A stretch of 64,000 nt of DNA from a virus. Positions 41,848 through 49,279 of the stretch are shown one piece after another. The notes beneath the pieces are model-generated. The model did not search any database. It worked only from the letters and a program-made list of their open reading frames with translations, and had not been told where the DNA came from. Position 1 is the stretch's first letter. Every line of letters begins with the position of its first letter. The stretch lies in IMG/VR virus record IMGVR_UViG_3300004154_000012; one strand, given 5' to 3'. A program made the translations under genes and the position numbers.

Positions 41848-42516
41848 ATGCTGGCAACCGTACCGACTCCCACGGAATCAGGTGCTGCGGTCAAGACTGG
41901 CACCCTGCCGATTGGCCCGATCAACACCCGCACGGTGTCGGCTCGCCTCGGTATTTCGGTTGCCTCTCCCGACATTACGCTCGACGGCCGCCCCTGTGGC
42001 CGGATTGTCAGGGAGGTCCAGGGGGCTCGTGGGGTGTGGGTCGCCACGTTGACTGACGTGGAAGGGCACCGTGGCGGGTTGATCGAGAATGGCTCCTTCG
42101 CCGAGGTCCAAAAGCAGGTGGTCCTGAAGGTGGTCGACATTTTACGTCGCCACTATCCAGACGCAGATTGGGGGGCGTTGACGCTGAATGCTACACCCGG
42201 CGAGCTGGCCGCAATCCGCGACGGCACGCGACGCGTGCTCCGATATGCATATGCCGCGCGTTTCAGCGGCAAAGCCTGTCCGGTGGGTCGCCATGTGATT
42301 ATCGCTAATTACTACCTGAGACGGCAGGATAGAGAATATCTGCATGGGAAAATTGTCGAAGCGAAGAAGGTTCCGCGTGAAAAAGTTGTTGCGGAAGACC
42401 CTAACTTGCGCTGGAGCTTTCCAAATGACAAATCAATAGCAGAGATATACTTTGATCTTTGTCCTTATGGATCGGCCTCAATAGAATTGTCTGAAGAAAT
42501 TCAGCACGAAAGCTGA
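41848..42516 (+). CDS. hypothetical protein, moron downstream of the repressor
   Basis: 222 aa, co-oriented with the CI-like gene. The 3' third is visibly AT-richer than its surroundings. No motif recognised. Confidence 0.55.
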   Translation: MLATVPTPTESGAAVKTGTLPIGPINTRTVSARLGISVASPDITLDGRPCGRIVREVQGARGVWVATLTDVEGHRGGLIENGSFAEVQKQVVLKVVDILRRHYPDADWGALTLNATPGELAAIRDGTRRVLRYAYAARFSGKACPVGRHVIIANYYLRRQDREYLHGKIVEAKKVPREKVVAEDPNLRWSFPNDKSIAEIYFDLCPYGSASIELSEEIQHES

Positions 42517-42553
42517 CGCCACGTTTACCAACAGGGCTGATGCCGTCCAGTCC

Positions 42554-42588
42554 GCTAGGTAGGTTGGTAGCGACCTAGCTAGTTACCT
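42554..42588 (-). promoter_or_regulatory. dispersed element, copy d
   Basis: Reverse complement of 42554-42571 reads GCTACCAACCTACCTAGC. CTAGGT-N12-ACCTAG symmetry. About 25 nt upstream of ATG 42614. Confidence 0.55.
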
Positions 42589-42613
42589 GCAATCCTATCA
42601 GTTCGAAGGATCT

Positions 42614-42808
42614 ATGATGGCCAAGCCCAGGTATCTCAATCAGCGCGAGGCCGCGAGGTACATCGGCCTATCGGAGCGGCATCTGCGCCACCTGGAGACC
42701 CGTGGTGAGGGGCCTCTCAGCGCCAAGATTGGACGCAGCAAGCGGTATGATGTTGCGGACCTGGATGCGTGGATGGAAGAGAGGAAGGCGCCGCACACGG
42801 GCGATTAG
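42614..42808 (+). CDS. AlpA/MerR-like HTH protein
   Basis: 64 aa. YLNQREAARYIGLSERHLRHLETRGEGP...RYDVADLDAWM. Confidence 0.6.
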   Translation: MMAKPRYLNQREAARYIGLSERHLRHLETRGEGPLSAKIGRSKRYDVADLDAWMEERKAPHTGD

Positions 42809-43134
42809 ATTGAACCGGCCTGCGCCTTGCCGGGATCAATTTCAGGCCGTGACAGATCGACGAGAGCATCAGCCACGAGCAGCCAATGTCGCTCGCTTTC
42901 CTCGCCTGCTACGCGAGCGTGGCGCAGGGCGATTGATATGCGTATGCAAGCGGTCAGTCGTCCATCCGGGCATGACTGAAGGTGGGATTCGAGTTCCTCT
43001 TCAATCTCTACGAGTTCCATGAACACTTTGTCGTGGTGTGCAGAGTCTTCTGCTGGCACCTGAACCACGCTGGCCAGCGCATCGGTGCGCGCCTGCAATA
43101 TCTTCCACTTGTCCCACAGCCGCTCGACCACCAC
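42805..43134 (-). CDS. hypothetical protein
   Basis: 109-aa ORF, convergent with 42614..42808 (4-nt overlap). Confidence 0.4.
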   Translation of the reverse strand: MVVERLWDKWKILQARTDALASVVQVPAEDSAHHDKVFMELVEIEEELESHLQSCPDGRLTACIRISIALRHARVAGEESERHWLLVADALVDLSRPEIDPGKAQAGSI

Positions 43135-43358
43135 CCGATACCCCCACCGCCTTGATGTCCAATCTGACCCATTGGGATGCGTGGGATTATCCTATAGGCG
43201 GCAGGTTGTTTCGTCATAGTTAAAATGTGTTGCGAAATCCGACGCGTGCATCGGGTTCACCCCACCCGCGTATCGCAATGCCCTGCGACACAGCAGCACA
43301 TCCTTAGGTGCCTAAGTTATTACAGGAATGTAATCCACGCAACAATGGAGCGGCAGGC

Positions 43359-43391
43359 GTTAGAAAGTTAGATTCTCTTGTTAGAAAGTTA
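43359..43391 (+). repeat. two 12-bp direct repeats, GTTAGAAAGTTA
   Basis: Copies at 43359-43370 and 43380-43391 (21-nt register), in the AT-rich part of the origin region. Palindromes CTTAGGTGCCTAAG (43303-43316) and ATTACAGGAATGTAAT (43319-43334) lie just upstream. Confidence 0.7.
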
Positions 43392-43435
43392 CAGGGCTGA
43401 AAACATCCATATTTCCAGCATGTTATGATGGTTTG

Positions 43436-43522
43436 AGGTTCGCGAAATACCGACGGTAGGTTCGCGAAATACCGATCCTTGAGGTTCGCGAAATACCGAC
43501 GGTAGGTTCGCGAAATACCGAT
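43436..43522 (+). repeat. oriV iterons: four copies of the 19-mer AGGTTCGCGAAATACCGA(C/T)
   Basis: Copies start at 43436, 43458, 43482 and 43504 (spacing 22/24/22 nt), directly 3' of repA. Confidence 0.9.
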
Positions 43523-43523
43523 C

Positions 43524-43541
43524 TAATCCACATATCCACAG
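43524..43541 (+). promoter_or_regulatory. two DnaA-box-like 9-mers
   Basis: TAATCCACA and TATCCACAG abut the last iteron (consensus TTATCCACA). Confidence 0.5.
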
Positions 43542-43582
43542 AGCAGGACGGCTTGTCGCTGTTTAGAAATCTGATGTGTGAA

Positions 43583-44443
43583 CTACTTCACTTGACGTAC
43601 GTGCGTATGCGGTTCTCTAGCGACGCGCGGCTCGAACAGGACTGTCGCGCGGTCTAGGATGTTGCGTCGGCCGATCGGAGTGATAAGGCTGATTCGGTAT
43701 GTCGGCAGGTTGTCGGCTTCGATGATCCGGCGCAGGTCGCTCGCGAAGAGCTTCAACGGTCGCGCGGTGCCGACCTTGTCGGCCAGTTTGCCGAGCCCAA
43801 TGGTCCATTCTTGCTGGTTGCCGAGGTGTTTACGCGCCAGCTCGTACAGCCGCCGTTCCAGGCCGCCAGTGAGGCCGAAATAATCGCGGCTGATAGCCAG
43901 GATGCGACGCTCTTCCACCAGAGCCCTGAACATCCACTCGTTGAGGGTAACTTCAATAGCAGTCATGACCCGCTTGCCGACCCGAGTGTCCCGCTCCACC
44001 ACCCGGTAGGTTTCGATCCAACCGAAGCCTCGGCGCTCGCGCTGATCTGCGGCTTCGATCGTCGTCTTGATATGCGTGCTTCGCAGCCTGTCCAGCGCGT
44101 CCAACAGCAGTTCATAGGCCCGCTTGCCGGTGCCACGGCCCGTGACTTTCAGCAGATCATGCGCCGCGAATTGGACTTTCCTGTCGACTGGCGCACCACG
44201 CTCCAGGCGGTCATTGAGGAGGCTGACGACGTAGATCATCACGTCCTTGTCCCATATCGTCGCGACGCCCTTGGCTCCAGGCTCGATGCGGATAGAGACC
44301 TTGCCGTCACAGAACTCCATCGGCGTCATTCGCGGTCGCTTCTCCAAGCTGAAGAACGGGAACTCCAACAGAGCGCGATCCTGTCGCAACGGCGTGTTGA
44401 CCACGCTGTCCAGAAAGAGGTCCACCTGCTGTTCCGTAGTCAT
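43583..44443 (-). CDS. repA: plasmid replication initiator RepA (RPA family)
   Basis: Start refined to ATG 44443. LLEFPFFSLEKRP, GVATIWDKDVMIYVVS and RRLYELARKHLGNQQEW are hallmark blocks. Iterons lie on both sides. Confidence 0.85.
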   Translation of the reverse strand: MTTEQQVDLFLDSVVNTPLRQDRALLEFPFFSLEKRPRMTPMEFCDGKVSIRIEPGAKGVATIWDKDVMIYVVSLLNDRLERGAPVDRKVQFAAHDLLKVTGRGTGKRAYELLLDALDRLRSTHIKTTIEAADQRERRGFGWIETYRVVERDTRVGKRVMTAIEVTLNEWMFRALVEERRILAISRDYFGLTGGLERRLYELARKHLGNQQEWTIGLGKLADKVGTARPLKLFASDLRRIIEADNLPTYRISLITPIGRRNILDRATVLFEPRVAREPHTHVRQVK

Positions 44444-44457
44444 GCTCCACTCCGCTG

Positions 44458-44538
44458 AAGTTCGCGATGTACCGACTCCGCAGCGCGGGGCGGGAATAGG
44501 TTCGTGATGTTCCGACCTCAGGTTCGCGTTATACCGAC
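44458..44538 (+). repeat. three degenerate iterons in the repA promoter region
   Basis: AAGTTCGCGATGTACCGAC (44458), AGGTTCGTGATGTTCCGAC (44498), AGGTTCGCGTTATACCGAC (44520). Confidence 0.8.
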
Positions 44539-44576
44539 TCTGTCCTTCCGGTCGCAAGCTCCTCATGCGATGCGAC

Positions 44577-44603
44577 ACCTACCTACCTAGCTATTTACCT
44601 CTA
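44577..44603 (+). promoter_or_regulatory. dispersed element, copy e (parA upstream)
   Basis: ACCTACCTACCTAGCTATTTACCTCTA, just upstream of a CATAAT hexamer (44608) and about 47 nt before the parA GTG. Confidence 0.6.
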
Positions 44604-44650
44604 TGGTCATAATGAGGTATCGTGTGGGTTCAACTGGAGGAGGTCTGATA

Positions 44651-45355
44651 GTGGCCGCAGAAATTGTAGTCGTTGGGAACGAGAAAGGTGGTGCGGGTAA
44701 AACCACAAACGCCTTCAATTTGGCCGCACAAGCGGTGACAGCCGGGCGCGATGTTCTGCTTCTGGACGCTGATCCTCGCCAAGAAAGCGTGTCGAAGCTT
44801 GTGGGCGCCCGGAAAGACTTTCACCCTGAAGCACCGACCATCCCTTGCGTCGCGCTGACGGGGAAGGACATCCGACCGGAGTTGCGTGACCAAGCCAAGC
44901 GCTATGAACTCCTGATCATCGACACCGGCGCTCAGGATTCGCCGGAGCTTCGAGCCGCCGTGACCCTGGCTGACACGCTGCTGATTCCCACGCCGGCTGA
45001 TCCGCTGGAGCTGTGGGAACTTCCGAAGTTGGAAGCGCTGTATGAGGCGGCCCGGATGCTCAATCCCAAGCTCCGGCCCGTCATCGTCATCAACCGGATC
45101 CCGTTCCAGAACATCGCGTCCGCGCCCGGGGAGGTCATGGACTGGATGCGTGAGCATGTGCCCGGGCTACCTCTCGACCATGTCGTGTCGACGGTCGGTC
45201 GGGCCGCCTATGGCCGCGCCGCGGCCGAAGGCCTCGCTGTGCACGAGGTCCAAAAGAGAGACACCAAGGCTGTCACCGAGATGCGGCGTCTTTATCGTGC
45301 GGTTTTCCAATCGCTCGCCCAGCAAGAGGAGGATGTGGTCCATGGCCGTTCCTAA
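44651..45355 (+). CDS. parA: ParA partition ATPase (small, type Ib-like)
   Basis: Start refined to GTG 44651 (GGAGGAGG SD). Deviant Walker A GNEKGGAGKTT. No N-terminal HTH. Confidence 0.9.
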   Translation: MAAEIVVVGNEKGGAGKTTNAFNLAAQAVTAGRDVLLLDADPRQESVSKLVGARKDFHPEAPTIPCVALTGKDIRPELRDQAKRYELLIIDTGAQDSPELRAAVTLADTLLIPTPADPLELWELPKLEALYEAARMLNPKLRPVIVINRIPFQNIASAPGEVMDWMREHVPGLPLDHVVSTVGRAAYGRAAAEGLAVHEVQKRDTKAVTEMRRLYRAVFQSLAQQEEDVVHGRS

Positions 45356-45638
45356 AGGCGGCGTGCCGCGCCGCGAACCTGCGGTAGACAACAGAAACGA
45401 CGACACTGCGGCAACGGCGTTCATTGCCGGCGCTTCCGGCAAAGAAGTCTACCCGTGGCAGCGCCCGGGAGTTCGCAACGACTTAGGAAAACAAACCAAC
45501 GTCACCATGCCAGAACGGCTCATGATGCAGATTGAATGGCTTTCCAATAGCAGTAAATCTACGAAGAAGGCGGTTATCGAGCGCGCGCTTCGCGAGTATG
45601 TGGAACGCGAACTATGCCGCTTGGGGATCGAGCCGTAG
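45342..45638 (+). CDS. ParG-like ribbon-helix-helix partition/centromere-binding protein (putative)
   Basis: ATG 45342 overlaps the parA end. The C-terminal NVTMPERLMMQIEWLSNSSKSTKKAVIERALREYV fits an RHH fold, with a disordered basic N-terminus. Confidence 0.6.
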   Translation: MAVPKGGVPRREPAVDNRNDDTAATAFIAGASGKEVYPWQRPGVRNDLGKQTNVTMPERLMMQIEWLSNSSKSTKKAVIERALREYVERELCRLGIEP

Positions 45639-45716
45639 GAACTGCGTTGTTAGCATAGGGGAATGCCTATTTACTTTCAGCGACTTCCCGCGACTATCTC
45701 ACCCTCGAAATCGGTC

Positions 45717-45742
45717 GCGCCGCCTCCGGCTTGGAGCGGCGC
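45717..45742 (+). terminator. GC-rich hairpin after the par operon (no clear U-tract)
   Basis: GCGCCGCCTCC-GGCTT-GGAGCGGCGC with one bulge. Confidence 0.35.
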
Positions 45743-45783
45743 TGATCGGAGATGCTGACACAACGCCATAAAGGAAGATTGCC

Positions 45784-46149
45784 GTGGAGCAATTAATGTT
45801 ATCAGATGAACAAATAAATGAATCCGCATTTCTAGCGTTCGGAGCACCATCACAAGAGAACCCAAATTCAACGCTCGCCGGAATAGGGCCGGTTATTGCG
45901 GGAAAAGATGATAAAGGAAATGCTGTTTACTACGTCGAGTTGTTGTATGACGATGGCCGCGTGGAGCGGCGCGTTTGGCCGAAGCCGGCCGGAAGGTTCG
46001 ATCGAGCGGCAAAAAATGCGGCCTATTACGCTCGGACGGCTCTCGCCAACTCTCACCGCGCGGAAGGGGTGGTGCTGTGCCACGACACGCACAGTTTCCG
46101 CGGCCTGGTCGTGGTGCTGGGCCGCCAGCGTGGGGGCAAGGAAGGGTAA
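45784..46149 (+). CDS. hypothetical protein (AT-richer 5' end)
   Basis: 121 aa. GTG start with AAGGAAG SD. No motif recognised. Confidence 0.45.
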   Translation: MEQLMLSDEQINESAFLAFGAPSQENPNSTLAGIGPVIAGKDDKGNAVYYVELLYDDGRVERRVWPKPAGRFDRAAKNAAYYARTALANSHRAEGVVLCHDTHSFRGLVVVLGRQRGGKEG

Positions 46150-46174
46150 GGGTCCGACGAGTAGCCTGGAGCCG

Positions 46175-46621
46175 TTACGGTGGACTACCGATAGGGACAG
46201 ACGGCACCTTCATGCCCTGACGCTGCATTTCAGAGCGGAGTTCGAGCAGTTCGAATCCCAGCTTGGTCACTTTCTCCTCTGCTGTCTTGCGGGCGGCGCG
46301 TTCCTCGTCCAACTCCTCACGCAGTTTGGCGGTGTCGTCCCGCAAGGTATTGACGACCTCCATGAGCTGTTTGAACGCAGCTTCGCGATCAACGCTGTCC
46401 TGGCGCTTGGCTTCCGTGTCGGCCTGGCGCGCCGCGACCAGGCCGTCGGTCTTTACCTTCTGGCGCTGGTAGAGGGAATTTAGCGCCTGTGTCACGACCA
46501 CGCTGACAAAGGCCCAGACTGCGGTGCCATCCAAGAGCTTCGAAAAATCCACAGCACCGATCCCAGCTTGATCTGCGCCCTTCTGGCGTGAGGTCAGAGT
46601 GCCGTCACGACCGCTTGACAC
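46175..46621 (-). CDS. membrane-anchored coiled-coil protein; start uncertain
   Basis: AVWAFVSVVVTQAL hydrophobic helix, then a heptad-like Glu/Lys/Arg-rich C-terminus. The true start may be GTG 46552. Confidence 0.4.
   Translation of the reverse strand: MSSGRDGTLTSRQKGADQAGIGAVDFSKLLDGTAVWAFVSVVVTQALNSLYQRQKVKTDGLVAARQADTEAKRQDSVDREAAFKQLMEVVNTLRDDTAKLREELDEERAARKTAEEKVTKLGFELLELRSEMQRQGMKVPSVPIGSPP
46604..46611 (-). promoter_or_regulatory. GTCGTGAC junction motif copy
   Basis: GTCGTGACGGCACTCTG, the extended consensus. Lies downstream of the 16-bp hairpin and upstream of the likely start of the 46175 gene. Confidence 0.55.
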
Positions 46622-46697
46622 AGCCGTCCTGGCCAGCTCGCCGCAATGTCGATTTCACAAATCGCCGCCTCAGACGGCGCCGCGTCGAGCGGGGTCA

Positions 46698-46737
46698 GCT
46701 TCCGATCAACTGGCCTCACGACCAGTTGATCGGAAGC
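46698..46737 (-). other. perfect 16-bp stem-loop spanning a stop codon
   Basis: GCTTCCGATCAACTGG / CCAGTTGATCGGAAGC with an 8-nt loop. One arm encodes the last residues (LPINWS*) of 46716..47366. The loop plus two stem bases holds GTCGTGAG. No U-tract. Confidence 0.5.
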
Positions 46738-47366
46738 AGGGCGTTCAGCGCCGCGAGGTCGTTGTCGTCGACAGCTTTGGTCGCTTTGACCGAGATGCCA
46801 CGTCGCTTGGCCTCGATGCGGGCGTTGATCAGAGTCCACTGCGCCTCGGTGGCGGCGACGCTCGCTGCGACAGCAGCGGGCGTGTCGTTGGTTTCCTCGG
46901 CCTCGGCGACGATGTAGGGGTAGCTCGCTGGATCGGGGTTCGGATCGGACAGGTAGCGCTTGGCTTCGTCAGCCTTGGCCTGATAAGTCGAAGTTTGGCC
47001 AACCACGACCGTGATATACAGGCTCCGCTGCTCGCCGGCCTCGCGGTTGGCAGTGTCGATGATCTCCAGGGCGCGGGCCTGCAACAGCGCCAGTTCCGCG
47101 CCAGCGCGCTCAGTGGCGTTCTCGTAAAGCTCGACGATCTCATAGGCTTGATGCCATCGGCCATTGGAGTCGATTTTAGGGGCGACCTCGCGCGCCGTTT
47201 GTGTTGGCCCGACGATGGGCGCTGGAACGGTGAACACCTCGTCGATTCCCAACAGGTCGAGGACACTTTGGTCCCACTCATGAGGCAGCGCCCCTGGGAA
47301 TCTGCTTGCGGCCTGTTCTCTGGTGATCGGATACTCGCCGGTGGCGCGGTCTCGATACACGCTCAT
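46716..47366 (-). CDS. putative tail-fibre assembly/chaperone-like protein (by position)
   Basis: 216-aa ORF immediately after the distal tail-fibre gene. Confidence 0.45.
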   Translation of the reverse strand: MSVYRDRATGEYPITREQAASRFPGALPHEWDQSVLDLLGIDEVFTVPAPIVGPTQTAREVAPKIDSNGRWHQAYEIVELYENATERAGAELALLQARALEIIDTANREAGEQRSLYITVVVGQTSTYQAKADEAKRYLSDPNPDPASYPYIVAEAEETNDTPAAVAASVAATEAQWTLINARIEAKRRGISVKATKAVDDNDLAALNALLPINWS

Positions 47367-47377
47367 ATCCTGGTTCC

Positions 47378-49279
47378 TTATGCCGAGGCCCAGCCGACAT
47401 ATGTCGCCGAGCCGGATGCGTTGATTATTCCGCCCGCCACGGCGTTGAAGCCGCCGGTAATCGGGTCGATGCTGTCGGCGTTGCTTTCAGCCGTAATCGT
47501 GTTGAGCGAAAACACTGGATCGCCAGTCGGGACAATGCCGCGAGCCGTGTCGAAGACGACCCAATCTCCTGCGACGTCGGTGCGCTTGATCATCACGAGC
47601 CGAGGTGTGAATCCCAGCGAAACGTAGACGTCCGATATTGAGCCGATATACGCGAAAGCCTTGCACAACCCTGGCGTATCGCCGAACAGATAAGCGGAGT
47701 AGACGACCCCGCTGGAATTGGTTGCGCTGACGCCAACGCTGAACACCGCATCAGTTGGCACAGTGTTGTTCCAGGCGGTGCTGCTTGCGGTAAAAATGTC
47801 GCTGCTGTTGAGGATCCCGTAATACCCAGCCCCTTGCGCCTTGTGGTAGACGTACCAGTTTCCCGAGCCTCTGGGTTTCACGATAAACATTCCAGGCACA
47901 GACATCAGGGAGTGAGCAAGTGTTCTTGCTGTGCCGCTGCCGACGAAACAAACCTCATCGAAGAATCCAGGCGCACGCTTCAACGCATAGGTTATCTGGG
48001 CAGACCCGTTTGTATTCATGAACGAGCCGGAGAACCCATAACCGCCAATCACATCGAACAATACTGATGCGCTTCCAGTTTGTTCGGAGTTTGCATTGCC
48101 AGTTTCGACTAGCTTGTTGTTTCCGTAAAGTCGCGAGACAATTGCCGGCGATGCGCCTCCAGCGCGGTAAAACGTCAACAAGAAATCTGCCGGAAACCCC
48201 GGAGCGGTCACTGTCCCCGCCGCGCCAGTGCCAGTACGAGCAACCGGGCAAAATACCCTGCTTGCGCCAATAAGGCTGGCGGGCTTGTTTGGGCGGCGAA
48301 TTGCCATGTAGGCAACCACAACTCCCGGATCGTATCCCCCCGCCTTCGCGATAAATCCTTTTGCCGAGGGACACTGCCAGGAAGGACTTACACCATACTC
48401 CGAGGCACTGCTATTAACAAAAAAGATGCGCTCTGCCGTCATATAGCATCCGCGACTAACGTCATGCAAAATCCAGTTAGAACTAATGGAAATTGGCCTT
48501 GTCAATAGGAACTGGATTTCACCACCAAGGTCAATTTCTTGGTCGGAGCTGGTTTGAGTGAAGGAGCCACACTGCACAAGCCAGTCTGAACTTGTGCTGT
48601 GCGCCCATGCGTAGACGACATACACGCCAGACGACACTGAAGAATGAATAACCGCGTTCGCTCCGTCAATATAGACGGATGCGCCTACTGCCGCCGACAT
48701 AGTATTCAGAAAAAGTGATTGGCCGGACGTTCCGCCTGCTCCAGTGAGAACCCGATGAGCAACACGCCAGTCACCAGGAATGTTCGTGGGCTTGGACACG
48801 AACATTCCGATAGTTCCAAGTTCAGAAAAATTAATGACAGTATTGCTTCCATTGGTATGGGTCACAAGGCGCTGAGAGAAAAACTTAGGGGCATTGCGGA
48901 AGGTCAAGGCAACATAATCACCTCCATATAGCGTCCCTGTGTTCCCATTCACTCCATAACCACCGTTTGTAACATCTGAAACCGTCATTCCAGTGTTGTC
49001 GTAAGCAGACACTCCGTAAGGAGCATCATTTATCTGAGCTTGCGCATCGGGGGTTGACAGCCTCATGCTTACACCACGCAAGCTGTCAAAACTTTCCATA
49101 GAGGCATTAGAATTACGGCTCTTAATCAGAGTCATAAAGCCTTTTGTTCGGTCAATTCCGTCCGTCAGTACTTGTGTCACGCCATTCCCCGTGTACGTGT
49201 AAGATGAGAACACATCATTGACGTAGACGGTGTCTTTGGCTTTCGTCGCGAACTCCTGTTCGATGAGAGCGGGGATCAT
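47378..49279 (-). CDS. tail fibre / receptor-binding protein
   Basis: 633 aa, Gly/Ser/Thr/Asn-rich and beta-rich. Visibly AT-richer between about 48300 and 49250. Follows a fibre-shaft gene. Confidence 0.6.
   Translation of the reverse strand: MIPALIEQEFATKAKDTVYVNDVFSSYTYTGNGVTQVLTDGIDRTKGFMTLIKSRNSNASMESFDSLRGVSMRLSTPDAQAQINDAPYGVSAYDNTGMTVSDVTNGGYGVNGNTGTLYGGDYVALTFRNAPKFFSQRLVTHTNGSNTVINFSELGTIGMFVSKPTNIPGDWRVAHRVLTGAGGTSGQSLFLNTMSAAVGASVYIDGANAVIHSSVSSGVYVVYAWAHSTSSDWLVQCGSFTQTSSDQEIDLGGEIQFLLTRPISISSNWILHDVSRGCYMTAERIFFVNSSASEYGVSPSWQCPSAKGFIAKAGGYDPGVVVAYMAIRRPNKPASLIGASRVFCPVARTGTGAAGTVTAPGFPADFLLTFYRAGGASPAIVSRLYGNNKLVETGNANSEQTGSASVLFDVIGGYGFSGSFMNTNGSAQITYALKRAPGFFDEVCFVGSGTARTLAHSLMSVPGMFIVKPRGSGNWYVYHKAQGAGYYGILNSSDIFTASSTAWNNTVPTDAVFSVGVSATNSSGVVYSAYLFGDTPGLCKAFAYIGSISDVYVSLGFTPRLVMIKRTDVAGDWVVFDTARGIVPTGDPVFSLNTITAESNADSIDPITGGFNAVAGGIINASGSATYVGWASA

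Noticed and set aside
43436-43522. Regularly spaced direct repeats that could look like a small CRISPR array.
   Set aside because: The gaps between repeats are only 3-5 nt and there are no unique spacers. The repeats sit next to repA and recur degenerately in its promoter, so they are iterons.
46240-46262. GTTCGAATCCC, a tRNA T-loop-like string.
   Set aside because: The flanking bases cannot form a T-stem, an acceptor stem or an anticodon arm. The string lies inside a coding region on the opposite strand.
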